This document shows, piece by piece, positions 38,636-48,446 of a stretch of DNA of 64,000 nt; the first letter of the stretch is position 1, and each line of letters starts with the position of its first letter. The notes beneath the pieces are model-generated. The model did no database searches. It was not told the origin of the DNA and was given only the letters and a program-made list of their open reading frames with translations. Location of the stretch: NCBI GenBank assembly GCA_043800725.1, contig JAZDMR010000009.1, forward strand, positions 26,662-90,661. The letters are read 5' to 3'. The DNA comes from a bacterium (lineage in GTDB: Bacteria > Patescibacteriota > Patescibacteriia > HK-STAS-PATE-3). The translations under genes and the position numbers were made by a program.

Positions 38636-40388
38636 AATGCAGATCCAATATTTTTAATTGTAAACGTTTTTCGCCATTCCATTGATCAGCGCTTAATTCA
38701 AAAGCCAGAGATATTGTTCGTCCAATGGGCAACTTGGGTAATTGATCGCCCAGTGAAAATCCAATAGTTTTTTTGGTTTCACCTGCGGGTGATTTTATAG
38801 TTAAGCTAAGATGACGATCATCTCGGCCAACATTTTTCGCTTCTACTACTTCCACGTTTTTTAATGCAAAAACCGGCCGCTGGGCTTTTTGGCCGAAAGG
38901 CGACAGCTTATCCACTTTTTCTAATAATCGCCAATTGACCTGATCCATATCAACTGTTTCATCAATGATTAACTCCGGAGCTAAGTTTTTCCCGTGTAAT
39001 TGCTGCTTGGCAATTTTTTCCAGCTCTTTTATAAATGCTTCTTTGTCATTATTATTTTTCAGAGTGAACCCGCAAGCCTGAGGATGGCCGCCTAATTTAC
39101 TAAAGTAATGACTAAGCTTTTGCAAAGCTTCAATCATGTTAAAAACGGGAATCGATCTGCCTGATCCGGTAACTTCGCTGTTTAACTCCCCCATTATTAT
39201 GGCTGGCCGTCCGTACTTTTGCACAAGGCGTCCGGCAGCGAGCCCCAAAACTCCGACTATCCACGATGAATCATGGGCTGATATTATATACCTGCTCTCA
39301 GCTGATCCGATCTGTTCTATGGCTTCTTTTACAACATTTTCCGTAGTAGACTGCCTCTGAAGATTCGTCCTTTGCAGGTCCTGCGCAATTGCCTGGGCTT
39401 CTTTTTGGTCGTCAGTTACCAGAAGCCGAAAGGCTGAATTCGCATGCTCTAAGCGGCCGGCGGAATTCAGGCGAGGAGCTATTTGAAAACCGATTGCCTC
39501 ACTGTCCAAGTCTTTCGGATCACAGTTCATTATCTTGAATAATTCCAGCAAGCCCGGGCGCTTGGTCTTTCGCAGCACCTGTAGTCCATAGCTTGTCAGG
39601 GTCCGATTTTCTCCCAGCATGGGCATCATGTCCGCCACTGTGGCAATGGCCACTAAATCCAGAAGCCATTTTTCCCAGCCTTCGGGCAGCTGCTTATTAA
39701 ACTTTTTTCCATATGATGTTTCCTTAAGTAGGGCGTAAGCGAGCTTAAAAGCCACAGCTGTTCCGGCTAGCTCCGAAAACGGATATTTTTCTCGAGAAGC
39801 AAGCTTGGGATTAAGGATTGCATGGGCTTTGGGCAATTTATCAGGCTCACTGTGATGATCAGTAATAATCACATCTATGCCTAATTCATTGGCTCGATCT
39901 ACTTCTTCATAATTAGTAACTCCACAATCATTGGTAATCAGCAGCTTATATCCTTCTTCGTTTAATGATTCGACGGCTTTCTTATTAAGACCATACCCTT
40001 CTGTTTGCCGATAGGGCAAATAAATCCCCGGTTCAGCTCCCAGTTCCCGCAAAGTGACCCAAAGCAGGGCCGCGCCGCATACTCCGTCAGCGTCATAATC
40101 TCCATAAACCACGATTTTCTCATTTTTTTCCAGGGCCTTAATAATTCTGTTTACCGCCTTCCTCATATCCACAAACAAAAACGGATCATGGGTGTCTGCC
40201 CCGTAATCCGGATTTGAAAACTCGTCTATCTTTTCCTGTGTGTCCAGCCCTCTATTGTAAAGTAGCTGTAAAAAAGTTTTTTCAAGCTCAGGAAAGGACT
40301 CAGCAATATTTTCAGGGACAGGTTTAGAAAAAACCCACTTTCGTCGTGAGCCGTATTGGCTGCTTTGCTTATTGTTTTCTTCAGTCAC
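38625..40388 (-). CDS. recJ: Single-stranded-DNA-specific exonuclease RecJ
   Basis: 587 aa. DHH motifs (VVYGDYDADGVCG, ITDHH) and a DHHA1 region. Confidence 0.85.
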   Translation of the reverse strand: MTEENNKQSSQYGSRRKWVFSKPVPENIAESFPELEKTFLQLLYNRGLDTQEKIDEFSNPDYGADTHDPFLFVDMRKAVNRIIKALEKNEKIVVYGDYDADGVCGAALLWVTLRELGAEPGIYLPYRQTEGYGLNKKAVESLNEEGYKLLITNDCGVTNYEEVDRANELGIDVIITDHHSEPDKLPKAHAILNPKLASREKYPFSELAGTAVAFKLAYALLKETSYGKKFNKQLPEGWEKWLLDLVAIATVADMMPMLGENRTLTSYGLQVLRKTKRPGLLELFKIMNCDPKDLDSEAIGFQIAPRLNSAGRLEHANSAFRLLVTDDQKEAQAIAQDLQRTNLQRQSTTENVVKEAIEQIGSAESRYIISAHDSSWIVGVLGLAAGRLVQKYGRPAIIMGELNSEVTGSGRSIPVFNMIEALQKLSHYFSKLGGHPQACGFTLKNNNDKEAFIKELEKIAKQQLHGKNLAPELIIDETVDMDQVNWRLLEKVDKLSPFGQKAQRPVFALKNVEVVEAKNVGRDDRHLSLTIKSPAGETKKTIGFSLGDQLPKLPIGRTISLAFELSADQWNGEKRLQLKILDLHYEQ

Positions 40389-40515
40389 TTATTATTGGTT
40401 TAATTGGTTGATTATAGGTCAAATTAACCGTTTTGGCAATGATAATTTGACAATTTTGTAAATTCTGTTTGGCTGAAAGCAAAGACCAATATTTGAACCG
40501 ATAAATAAAGAGGGT

Positions 40516-41139
40516 GTGATGAAAATATGGTCTATGCTCATTTGCATTATTCTACTCTCTGGCATAGCAATCAGCTGCGCCAAAGACCCACCTACTGCCC
40601 AGGAAAAGTACCTGCCCTTTCATGAACGCCTGGCTACTTCCCAGGATTTCAAAGACTTTGGAATAGCTGGTCATCAGCCAGACCTGACAGATATTGAATT
40701 CGTAGTGGCTGGTGATCGTGCAATAGCTAAGCTGGCTATTCCCGACTATGGCTTTGCGGTTTTCGCATTTGAAGGAGACACCTTGTCCGCTACTGAATTT
40801 CACGGCTTTGGTATAAAAACCATGCCTGAGGACAACGAAACCGTGGCTCTATACGTTGAGTCACCTGACCAGGCGCATTCTCTCAGACTGGCCTATCTGC
40901 CCGATATTGGTTTGGCTGAATCGCGAATCATCAGTCCAGACAACATGCAGGCTTATGGGTTTGACTGGAATCAGTTCTTCCAATGTGTGGAGTTGCGAGC
41001 TGATAGTTTTCCAGGCTGGGTCGATGCCACTTGCGGCATCTCGCTGTTCTTATGCGTATTTGGTAATCCTCTGGGATGCCTTGCCACCGCAGGTTGCGCA
41101 GTAGCCTATATCGCACCTTGTTTTTTGGAACAGTGGTGA
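40516..41139 (+). CDS. Lipoprotein with a Cys-rich hydrophobic C-terminal tail
   Basis: 207 aa. Lipobox LSGIAIS-C at residue 21. C-terminus CGISLFLCVFGNPLGCLATAGCAVAYIAPCFLEQW. GC-richer than its flanks. Confidence 0.5.
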   Translation: MMKIWSMLICIILLSGIAISCAKDPPTAQEKYLPFHERLATSQDFKDFGIAGHQPDLTDIEFVVAGDRAIAKLAIPDYGFAVFAFEGDTLSATEFHGFGIKTMPEDNETVALYVESPDQAHSLRLAYLPDIGLAESRIISPDNMQAYGFDWNQFFQCVELRADSFPGWVDATCGISLFLCVFGNPLGCLATAGCAVAYIAPCFLEQW

Positions 41140-41150
41140 GTTGTTCAATT

Positions 41151-41182
41151 AAAGCCCTTGGTTCACGCTAAGGGCTTTTTAT
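41151..41182 (+). terminator. Rho-independent terminator (AAGCCCTT-10 nt-AAGGGCTT then TTTT)
   Basis: Directly after the lipoprotein stop. Confidence 0.6.
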
Positions 41183-41390
41183 TATCCTAACACTTTAAGT
41201 CGCAATACACCGAGGCTCTATGTTTACCAGCCTTTAATACTAATATTATCCCCACAGACTAAAGTCTTTTACACCGGCACTAGAAGTGCCGTCTTATAAA
41301 AATAGTCTAAAGACCCAGCTTTAGCTGGGGTTTGAAAGCTTTAGCTTTCTCTTACTCCTTAAGGTCAATGCACTTGCGACTATGAGAACA

Positions 41391-41888
41391 TCAAAACAAA
41401 TTCACAAACCACGTCCAAGCTCTGCTTAGCGGATCGCTTACCTGGCTTCCAAAATAGGCCAAGGGAATATACCAGACAGCCCGGCCAATAAAGTTTGCCA
41501 GTAAAAACTTCTTAATAGAATATTTTTCATACCCGCCATACAGGCCAACTAGCTGGTCTGGTAAAGGGGTCCAGAGCAATACCAGGATCATAATAAACGG
41601 CCGGTTTTTAATTTTATCAAAAAACTTTTTCCATTTAGGGTGCTTATCAATCCAGGCCTGCACTTTTTTTACTTCTTTAACTTTAATGCCTACGTAATAA
41701 AGCGGCAATACTCCCAAGGTGGTGCCGACTGAAGCTATCAAGCCCACTGTAAAAAAAGGCAAATGCGTACCCATGGCTAAAATTATCGGTATCGGCCTAA
41801 AGGGCGAAATAAAATTAAAAGTCGGAATCAGTAAAGTAACCAAAAACAGAAAAACATACTCGGCCAAGGCTGTACTGAAAAAATCCAT
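41391..41888 (-). CDS. DedA/VTT-family membrane protein
   Basis: 165 aa, 4 TM. Conserved …LLWTPLPDQLVGLYGG… region typical of the DedA/TVP38 family. Confidence 0.55.
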   Translation of the reverse strand: MDFFSTALAEYVFLFLVTLLIPTFNFISPFRPIPIILAMGTHLPFFTVGLIASVGTTLGVLPLYYVGIKVKEVKKVQAWIDKHPKWKKFFDKIKNRPFIMILVLLWTPLPDQLVGLYGGYEKYSIKKFLLANFIGRAVWYIPLAYFGSQVSDPLSRAWTWFVNLF

Positions 41889-41891
41889 AAG

Positions 41892-43499
41892 CTATCTCGC
41901 TCTTTTTTGGGAAATGATCGTAATTAAATTTTTTCCGGACATTGAAGCGGCCGGCGTCAAGCCTAATAAATGAAGGACAGTCGGGGCAATGTCAGCCAAA
42001 ATGCCGCTGGGTGTTTGCAGTGATAAATCCTTGGCTGTGCCGCTTTTTTGACTGGTTTGTTTGAAGTCTTCGCCAATTAGGATGAAAGGCACCGGATTGG
42101 TGGTATGCTCTTTTTGGATAAAACCGGTTTGCAGATTAACCACATCCTCGGCATTGCCATGATCAGCCGTAATTAATAAAACACCGCCTATTTCTTTTAT
42201 AATTTCGTAGATTTTGCCTAAACATTCGTCTATGACTTCAACAGCCTCAACCGTAGCTTTAAAATTACCAGTATGGCCGACCATGTCCGCGTTAGCGTAA
42301 TTAATCACAATAAAGTCATATTTGGCTGTTTTCATTTCTTGAACAACGCGATCAGTAATTTCTCGAGCGCTCATAGACGGTTTTAGGTCATAATTAGCTA
42401 CCGAAGGAGAAGGTATTAAAACGCGTTCTTCCCCGGGGTAGGCCTGCTCTCTGCCTCCATTCAAGAAAAACGTAACGTGAGCGTATTTTTCAGTTTCCGC
42501 AATATGCAGCTGCTTCATACCCGCATCAGAAATAACCCTAGCCAAGGGAAAATCATTTTTTTCAGGCGGAAAAGCTATATCTACCGGGAGATCTTTTTCA
42601 TATTGGGTCAGAGTGACAAAAAACAAGTCTTTTAAATACTTGCGTTCAAACTTTTCAAAGCCCGGCAAAACAAACGCCTTGGTCAGCTCACGAGACCGAT
42701 CCGGACGAAAGTTAAAAAAGATTACCGCGTCATTATCAGCCACTGTGGCTACCGGTGATCCGTCTTCATTGGTTATTACTGTCGGCTCAATCTCTTCGTC
42801 AAACACCTTTTTGATATACGAATCCTGAATAGCCTTGATTGGATCATGAGATGTCGTTTCTGCCTTTCCTTCGACAATCGCCCTATAAGCTTTGGCAATG
42901 CGCTCCCAGTGATTATCGCGATCCATTGCCCAATACCTTCCTGATAAACTGGCGATTTTGCCTACGCCGATTTTATTTATTTTGTCTTGGAGTTTAGTAA
43001 TAAATCTTTCAGCGCTATTATGCGGAGTATCGCGACCATCAAGAAAAGCGTGGATAAAAACCTTCTTTAGCTTTTCTTCTTTGGCAAATTCAAGCAAAGC
43101 ATAGGCATGTTCGTTAAAACTATGTACCCCGCCGGAGCTCATCAGTCCCATGATATGAAGCTGGGAATTATTTTTTCTCGCCTGGCTTGCGGCCTTTTTT
43201 AACGCTTCGTTGTTGTTAAATGTCCCGTCTGAGATTGTTTTGGTAATCCTTGGCGAGTCCTGATAGACGATTTTACCCGCCCCGATATTTAAATGTCCGA
43301 CTTCTGAATTGCCCAGCTCGCCCCAGCTCGATCCCACAGCTTCACCCGAAGCTTGTAATGACAAGACCGGATAGTCCTGAACTAAGCTGTCATAAACCGG
43401 TGTCTTGGCTAGATCAATGGCATTGCCGCGTGAAGGCGGGCAAATGCCCCAGCCGTCAAAAATAACTAATACTACTGGGCGGTATTTTTTTATTCCCAT
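41892..43499 (-). CDS. gpmI: 2,3-bisphosphoglycerate-independent phosphoglycerate mutase (iPGM), copy 1
   Basis: 535 aa. N-terminal VVLVIFDGWG, catalytic-Ser motif GNSEVGHLNIGAG, and a metal-binding HG…DHGN region. Confidence 0.85.
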   Translation of the reverse strand: MGIKKYRPVVLVIFDGWGICPPSRGNAIDLAKTPVYDSLVQDYPVLSLQASGEAVGSSWGELGNSEVGHLNIGAGKIVYQDSPRITKTISDGTFNNNEALKKAASQARKNNSQLHIMGLMSSGGVHSFNEHAYALLEFAKEEKLKKVFIHAFLDGRDTPHNSAERFITKLQDKINKIGVGKIASLSGRYWAMDRDNHWERIAKAYRAIVEGKAETTSHDPIKAIQDSYIKKVFDEEIEPTVITNEDGSPVATVADNDAVIFFNFRPDRSRELTKAFVLPGFEKFERKYLKDLFFVTLTQYEKDLPVDIAFPPEKNDFPLARVISDAGMKQLHIAETEKYAHVTFFLNGGREQAYPGEERVLIPSPSVANYDLKPSMSAREITDRVVQEMKTAKYDFIVINYANADMVGHTGNFKATVEAVEVIDECLGKIYEIIKEIGGVLLITADHGNAEDVVNLQTGFIQKEHTTNPVPFILIGEDFKQTSQKSGTAKDLSLQTPSGILADIAPTVLHLLGLTPAASMSGKNLITIISQKRAR

Positions 43500-45064
43500 A
43501 ATGATTTCAGTTTCATTTGTTCAGGTATGGGAATATTAAGAGTTTCGAGTACAGTGGGAGCGATTTGACCGAGTGTTCCTCGGGCAGAGATTTTTTTTGG
43601 AAAATCTTTATCAGCAACAACAATAAACGGTACAGGATTGGTGGTATGCTCGGTATCTTTCTTTTTAGTATCTTTAAACAACATGCTTTCGGCCTTGCCA
43701 TGATCGGCTGTGATAAAAGTCACCCCGCCTTGCTTCAGTGTTAAGCGGACAATCTGACCCAAACATTTATCAACCGTCTCTATCGCCTTAATAGTCGCGG
43801 ATAAATTCCCTGAATGCCCCACCATATCTGGATTGGCAAAATTCATGCCGACAAAATCATACACGTTATTTTGAAGATATTTAATTACAGTGCGGGCAAT
43901 CTCAAAGCTGGACATTGCCGGCTTTGATTCATAAGTAGGCACTTCAGGTGAAGCCACCATTACCCTATCCTCATCAGCCACGGGTTCGGCATACCCGCCA
44001 TTGAAAAAATAAGTTATATGGGCAAACTTTTCTGTTTCGGCAATGTATAATTGACGTAATTCTTTTAAGGCCATAGGCAAGGTGCCCTTCAGATCCTGAC
44101 TGGGATGGGCAGTCACCACATTATCCAAATCAGGTCCAAAATCAGTCATAGCAATGAATAGGAGGTTTTTCAGGGTCCTTCTTCTTTGAAACTCATTAAA
44201 CGACTCTTGAACAAAAGGCTTAGTCAGCTGCCTGGCCCTATCAGACCTTAGGTTAAAGAAAATTATTGTGTCATAATCATCAATCGTCGCTATCGGCTTA
44301 CCTCTCTTGGTAATTAATGTTGGCTCGATAAATTCATCTGTTATTCCCTGATTATAGGAATTTTGAATTGCCTGTTCAGCTGAAACGTCAGTCTTACCTT
44401 CGCCTAAAGTTAAGGTATGGTAAGCGCGTTCAGTTCTGGGCCAGTCTTTTTTTCGATCCATTGACCAGAATCTGCCAGTGATTGAAGCGATATGCTCATT
44501 TTTATTCAGAGTTTTTTCCAGATCCTTAATCATGTTAATGCCGCTCTTAGGGTGAGTATCGCGGCCATCGGTAAACAAATGAATATATATATCTTTCAAT
44601 TTTTGCTGGCGGCAGAACTTTAATAACGCCTGGATATGATCCGGATTACTATGGCCGCTGTTACCATTTGACAGCAGTCCCATCAGATGGATTTTTGATT
44701 TCCACTTTTTTGAATGCCGAACACCGTATAAAAAGGCCGGATTACGAAAAAACCTGCCGTCTTCAATACTGCGCAAAATTGTGACTACGTCCTGTTCAAC
44801 TACCCGGCCAGCGGCCATGTTTATATGCCCTGCTTCAGAATTCCCTTGTTGACCTTTAGGCAGTCCCACGGCTTCTCCTGAAGCTTCCAAGGACGATGAA
44901 GGATACTTATTAATAAATTTGTCGTAATTTGGCGTCTTGGCTAACGTTATGGCATTGCCTGGTCCGGGCGGCGCAATGCCAAAACCATCAATAACAATCA
45001 AAACTGCCGGCAACAGCTTGCCGGATTTAATTTTTTTCGGCTTTCTTGTAAGTGTTGCTACCAT
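43490..45064 (-). CDS. gpmI: 2,3-bisphosphoglycerate-independent phosphoglycerate mutase, divergent tandem paralog
   Basis: 524 aa. VLIVIDGFG, GNSEAGHINMAAG and ADHG motifs. Clearly homologous to the downstream gpmI but diverged. Overlaps it by 10 nt. Confidence 0.8.
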   Translation of the reverse strand: MVATLTRKPKKIKSGKLLPAVLIVIDGFGIAPPGPGNAITLAKTPNYDKFINKYPSSSLEASGEAVGLPKGQQGNSEAGHINMAAGRVVEQDVVTILRSIEDGRFFRNPAFLYGVRHSKKWKSKIHLMGLLSNGNSGHSNPDHIQALLKFCRQQKLKDIYIHLFTDGRDTHPKSGINMIKDLEKTLNKNEHIASITGRFWSMDRKKDWPRTERAYHTLTLGEGKTDVSAEQAIQNSYNQGITDEFIEPTLITKRGKPIATIDDYDTIIFFNLRSDRARQLTKPFVQESFNEFQRRRTLKNLLFIAMTDFGPDLDNVVTAHPSQDLKGTLPMALKELRQLYIAETEKFAHITYFFNGGYAEPVADEDRVMVASPEVPTYESKPAMSSFEIARTVIKYLQNNVYDFVGMNFANPDMVGHSGNLSATIKAIETVDKCLGQIVRLTLKQGGVTFITADHGKAESMLFKDTKKKDTEHTTNPVPFIVVADKDFPKKISARGTLGQIAPTVLETLNIPIPEQMKLKSLWE

Positions 45065-46347
45065 ATTCTTTTAATTGGCTTCCATTCGCCTAGCTCCATT
45101 TCTATCTCCATTAATCGATTATATTTGGCTAAGCGTTCTCCGCGGCTTAATGAGCCTGCTTTAATAAAGTCAGCATTGGCGCCCACGGAAAGATCAGATA
45201 TAAACACATCAATAGTCTCTCCCGACCGGTTAGCCACAATTGTTTTATAGCCATGGGCTTGAGCAAGTTTAATGCAAGTTATTGTTTCAGTCAGAGTGCC
45301 GATTTGGTTTGGCTTGATAATGATGGCATTTGCCGCATTTTTATCAATCCCTTGCTGAAGCATCTTTGGATTAGTCACGAAAATATCATCGCCCACGATC
45401 ATCTGTTGTTTGCCAAGCTTTTTATTCATAGACTGCCAGCCAGCCCAATCGTCTTCTGCAATTCCATCTTCAACCGAACGCAGATAATATTTATCGTACC
45501 ATTCCTGATAAAGATCAATCAGTCTATTAGCTGTATAGGTTTTATTTTCCGGATTTAAACGGTAAATATTATTATCTGATTCATAAAAAGTTGTAGCTGC
45601 AGCATCGATTGCCAGAGTTACATCGCTATCCATTTTAAAGTTTGTGTTATGAACCGCTTCAATAATCATTTCAAAGGCCTGAGCATTTGATTCAAGGGGC
45701 GGGCTATAACCACCTTCATCGCCGACCAAGGTTGTCAAATGCTTGCTTTTTAAAACCTCTTTCAGGGCAATGAATACTTCGCCGCCAATTCGTACGCGCT
45801 CATGAAAAGTGGAGGCTTTGGGCATTAGCATTATTTCCTGGATAGACGAGCCTGAATCGCTATGCTTGCCTCCATTCATAATATTCATCATAGTGCCCGG
45901 TAAAGTTAGCTTTTTTTCATTAAAACCGAACTTCTGTCGGATGTACTCATATAATGGAACTCCTTCAACTTTAGCGGCCATTCGCGTGCAAGCCAGAGAT
46001 ACTGCCAGTATGGCATTTGCCCCTAAATTGGATTTATATTCGGTACCGTCCAGCTCAATCATGATTTTATCAATCAACTTGATATCATTAATTGGTTTGC
46101 TTTTTAGTGCTTGATTAATCTTGGTCTTCACATTAGCTACCGCTCTTTGAACTCCTTTGCCTCGATAGCGGTTGATTTCTCCATCTCGTAATTCAAGCGC
46201 TTCAAACCTGCCCGTAGAGGCACCGGAAGGAACGCCGGCACGCGATTCACGGCCATTCTCAAGCTGCACGCGGGCCAAAATAGTAGGAGTTCCGCGAGAG
46301 TCTAATATTTCAAGGGCAGATATGTTGTCAATAATATTGCTTGCCAT
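45058..46347 (-). CDS. eno: Enolase
   Basis: 429 aa. N-terminal ILDSRGTPT and C-terminal NQIGTLTET…SHRSGETED-like (ANRSGETID) motifs. Confidence 0.9.
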   Translation of the reverse strand: MASNIIDNISALEILDSRGTPTILARVQLENGRESRAGVPSGASTGRFEALELRDGEINRYRGKGVQRAVANVKTKINQALKSKPINDIKLIDKIMIELDGTEYKSNLGANAILAVSLACTRMAAKVEGVPLYEYIRQKFGFNEKKLTLPGTMMNIMNGGKHSDSGSSIQEIMLMPKASTFHERVRIGGEVFIALKEVLKSKHLTTLVGDEGGYSPPLESNAQAFEMIIEAVHNTNFKMDSDVTLAIDAAATTFYESDNNIYRLNPENKTYTANRLIDLYQEWYDKYYLRSVEDGIAEDDWAGWQSMNKKLGKQQMIVGDDIFVTNPKMLQQGIDKNAANAIIIKPNQIGTLTETITCIKLAQAHGYKTIVANRSGETIDVFISDLSVGANADFIKAGSLSRGERLAKYNRLMEIEMELGEWKPIKRIW

Positions 46348-46362
46348 AATTTTACTAGTTAA

Positions 46363-47544
46363 TTATTTAATTCTAATCGGTTCAAGTCCAGGCAAAGTTC
46401 CTTTTTCTAAATAAACCATCATAGCTCCCCCACCCGTAGAAATATGAGTCATTTTTTTCACTAATTTATATTTGTTAAGTATAGCCAGAGTGTCTCCGCC
46501 ACCTACCACTGTTTCAGCTTTACTTTTTGCGAGTTGTTGAGCAATCGATTTTGTGCCATAAGCGAATTTTGAATTCTCAATAAAACCCATGGGTCCATTC
46601 CAAACAACCATTTTGGCTTTTTTAATTATCGAACCGAATAAGGTAACGGTATCCGGCCCAATGTCTAAAATATATTCATTGCTTCTCACCTTGCCAACTG
46701 GCCGTCGATTAATTCCTCGTTTGCCTCTAGATCCCCGCGAAGTAACCACGTCAATCGGTATATGAAGCTTAGGGTTATTCAGGTTTATTTTCTTTATTAT
46801 TTTCTTTATATTAGTATCGCTTACGGATTTACCTATTTGGATTCCTCTGGCGGCTAATATTGTATTTGATAAGGCGCCGCCTAATAATAAATAGTTAACT
46901 TGTTTTAATAATTTATTAATAACAGCCACTTTAGTTTTAATTTTCGCACCGCCAATAATCGCTACCAACGGACGCTTGGGTGATTTTAAAACTCTATCTA
47001 ACATTGTAACTTCTTTTTCCAATAAAGGTCCGGCATAGGATGGCAAGTATTTTTGTAAACCTACAATCGAGGAAACCTTTCTATGGCATTGGCCAAACGC
47101 ATCATTGACCACTAAATCTCCATTTCTAGCCAACTCTTTTGCGAATTCTATTGAATTTTCCTGCTCTTCTTTGTGAAAACGGACATTTTCCAATAAAATA
47201 ATACTTCCGGGTTTAGCTTGTTTTATTTTCTCTCTAACCTGAGGCCCCACGCAATCATCCAGTTTAATTATTGGCATTTTTAATAACGCTCTCAAGCGAT
47301 TTGCTACGGCGTTTATTTTAAACTGAGGATCATTAGCTTTTTTAGGCCGTCCCAGCCAAGTAACGATCACTATTTTATTTGCTCTTTTTTTCAGCCATAA
47401 TATTGAAGGGATGGTTTCTTTAATCCTTGTAACGTCAGGACAACACCAAGAATTACCACGCTTTTGGAGAGTGATATCATAGGTAGCCCTGTAGATTACT
47501 GTTTTATTGTGATAGCTTGCTTGTTTGTATGATCGTAGCTTCAT
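46363..47544 (-). CDS. pgk: Phosphoglycerate kinase
   Basis: 393 aa. LGRPKK hinge motif, DAFG and GGGD/GGA motifs. The N-terminus is somewhat atypical. Confidence 0.85.
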   Translation of the reverse strand: MKLRSYKQASYHNKTVIYRATYDITLQKRGNSWCCPDVTRIKETIPSILWLKKRANKIVIVTWLGRPKKANDPQFKINAVANRLRALLKMPIIKLDDCVGPQVREKIKQAKPGSIILLENVRFHKEEQENSIEFAKELARNGDLVVNDAFGQCHRKVSSIVGLQKYLPSYAGPLLEKEVTMLDRVLKSPKRPLVAIIGGAKIKTKVAVINKLLKQVNYLLLGGALSNTILAARGIQIGKSVSDTNIKKIIKKINLNNPKLHIPIDVVTSRGSRGKRGINRRPVGKVRSNEYILDIGPDTVTLFGSIIKKAKMVVWNGPMGFIENSKFAYGTKSIAQQLAKSKAETVVGGGDTLAILNKYKLVKKMTHISTGGGAMMVYLEKGTLPGLEPIRIK

Positions 47545-47600
47545 TTTATGTGTTCAATTGCTGTAATTATAACATTTTCTAGCCTGAATAAAAAGACTTG

Positions 47601-47630
47601 TTGACAACCAAAATAACCTAGGATTATAAT
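47601..47630 (+). promoter_or_regulatory. Consensus-like sigma70 promoter (TTGACA-17-TTATAAT) with no CDS behind it
   Basis: Read directly. Divergent from the pgk promoter region. Followed at +14 by a GC hairpin and T-run. Confidence 0.4.
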
Positions 47631-47643
47631 ATATTTGGAGTGT

Positions 47644-47676
47644 GGGGAGAGGATTTTATCCTCTCCCCCGTTTTAA
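47644..47676 (+). terminator. Hairpin GGGGAGAGG-8 nt-CCTCTCCCC then CGTTTT (terminator-like), member of the GGAGTGTGGGGAGA repeat pair
   Basis: 9-bp perfect stem and T-run. A near-identical sequence recurs at 55103-55140. Confidence 0.45.
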
Positions 47677-47685
47677 TATTTAAAC

Positions 47686-47720
47686 AATAAAAAATACCGT
47701 TCGTGTGATTACGAACGGTA
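47686..47720 (-). terminator. Rho-independent terminator of the 47721..48446 gene
   Basis: Stem ACCGTTCG / CGAACGGT, with the A-run at 47688-47695 on plus giving a U-run on the minus strand. Confidence 0.55.
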
Positions 47721-48446
47721 TTATAATAGAACCAACTGATTTTGAAACAAAGTGCGATGCTTCTCCAAAACTAGCCAGACATCATTTTGGACTATCTGCT
47801 GTTGATTCCTCCTCACCCTTTTCAAAAAACCTAACACTTCTTTTAGCTGTAGATCTGGGCATTCTTGGGCAAGTTTGCGAAAAGTGATTGCGCCAACAGG
47901 ATTTTTTTTGTAATAACGCGCGAACAATCGATAAGACAGAGCAAATGACATATTGGCCAGAGTCATGGCTAATGAATAATCATGATTTCGCTTTGGATCC
48001 GGAAACTTGCCTTGGACAGTGACTTCTGTGGCATAAGTATAGTACTCACAAGCACAAGAATAAGAAATTCTTGCTCGACGGCATAAAAAACCAACTGCCT
48101 CATCTGATAATCGATTAACCGTTAACCACTTTTTATATCCTTCCGCCTCATCGGCATTGCCCCAGATTAAATCTCCTGTTAAAATCGGCTCGGTAACCAC
48201 CGGATCGAACATTCGCATGAATAAATGAAAATCATTTATTCCAATTTCGGCAATATCAATCAAACCATCCGGCCCATAATATGGATCGATTTGATCGCCT
48301 TCACAAACAGCTATCAGGTCGATATCTTGCTTTTGATTTTTCGAGCCATAGTACCACAGATACCTAATCTGTCCGAAGCGCCTACCAAGACGTGTCCGTA
48401 CTAGTGTCAATATATCTGACTTTGACTGAGACATCTTTGCCTCCAA
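47721..48446 (-). CDS. Putative Pol-beta-superfamily nucleotidyltransferase-fold protein with a C-terminal helical domain
   Basis: 241 aa. YYGSKNQKQDIDLIAV resembles a minimal-NTase GS…DxD motif (the spacing is short). The C-terminal half is predicted helical. Assignment is tentative. Confidence 0.35.
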   Translation of the reverse strand: MEAKMSQSKSDILTLVRTRLGRRFGQIRYLWYYGSKNQKQDIDLIAVCEGDQIDPYYGPDGLIDIAEIGINDFHLFMRMFDPVVTEPILTGDLIWGNADEAEGYKKWLTVNRLSDEAVGFLCRRARISYSCACEYYTYATEVTVQGKFPDPKRNHDYSLAMTLANMSFALSYRLFARYYKKNPVGAITFRKLAQECPDLQLKEVLGFLKRVRRNQQQIVQNDVWLVLEKHRTLFQNQLVLL

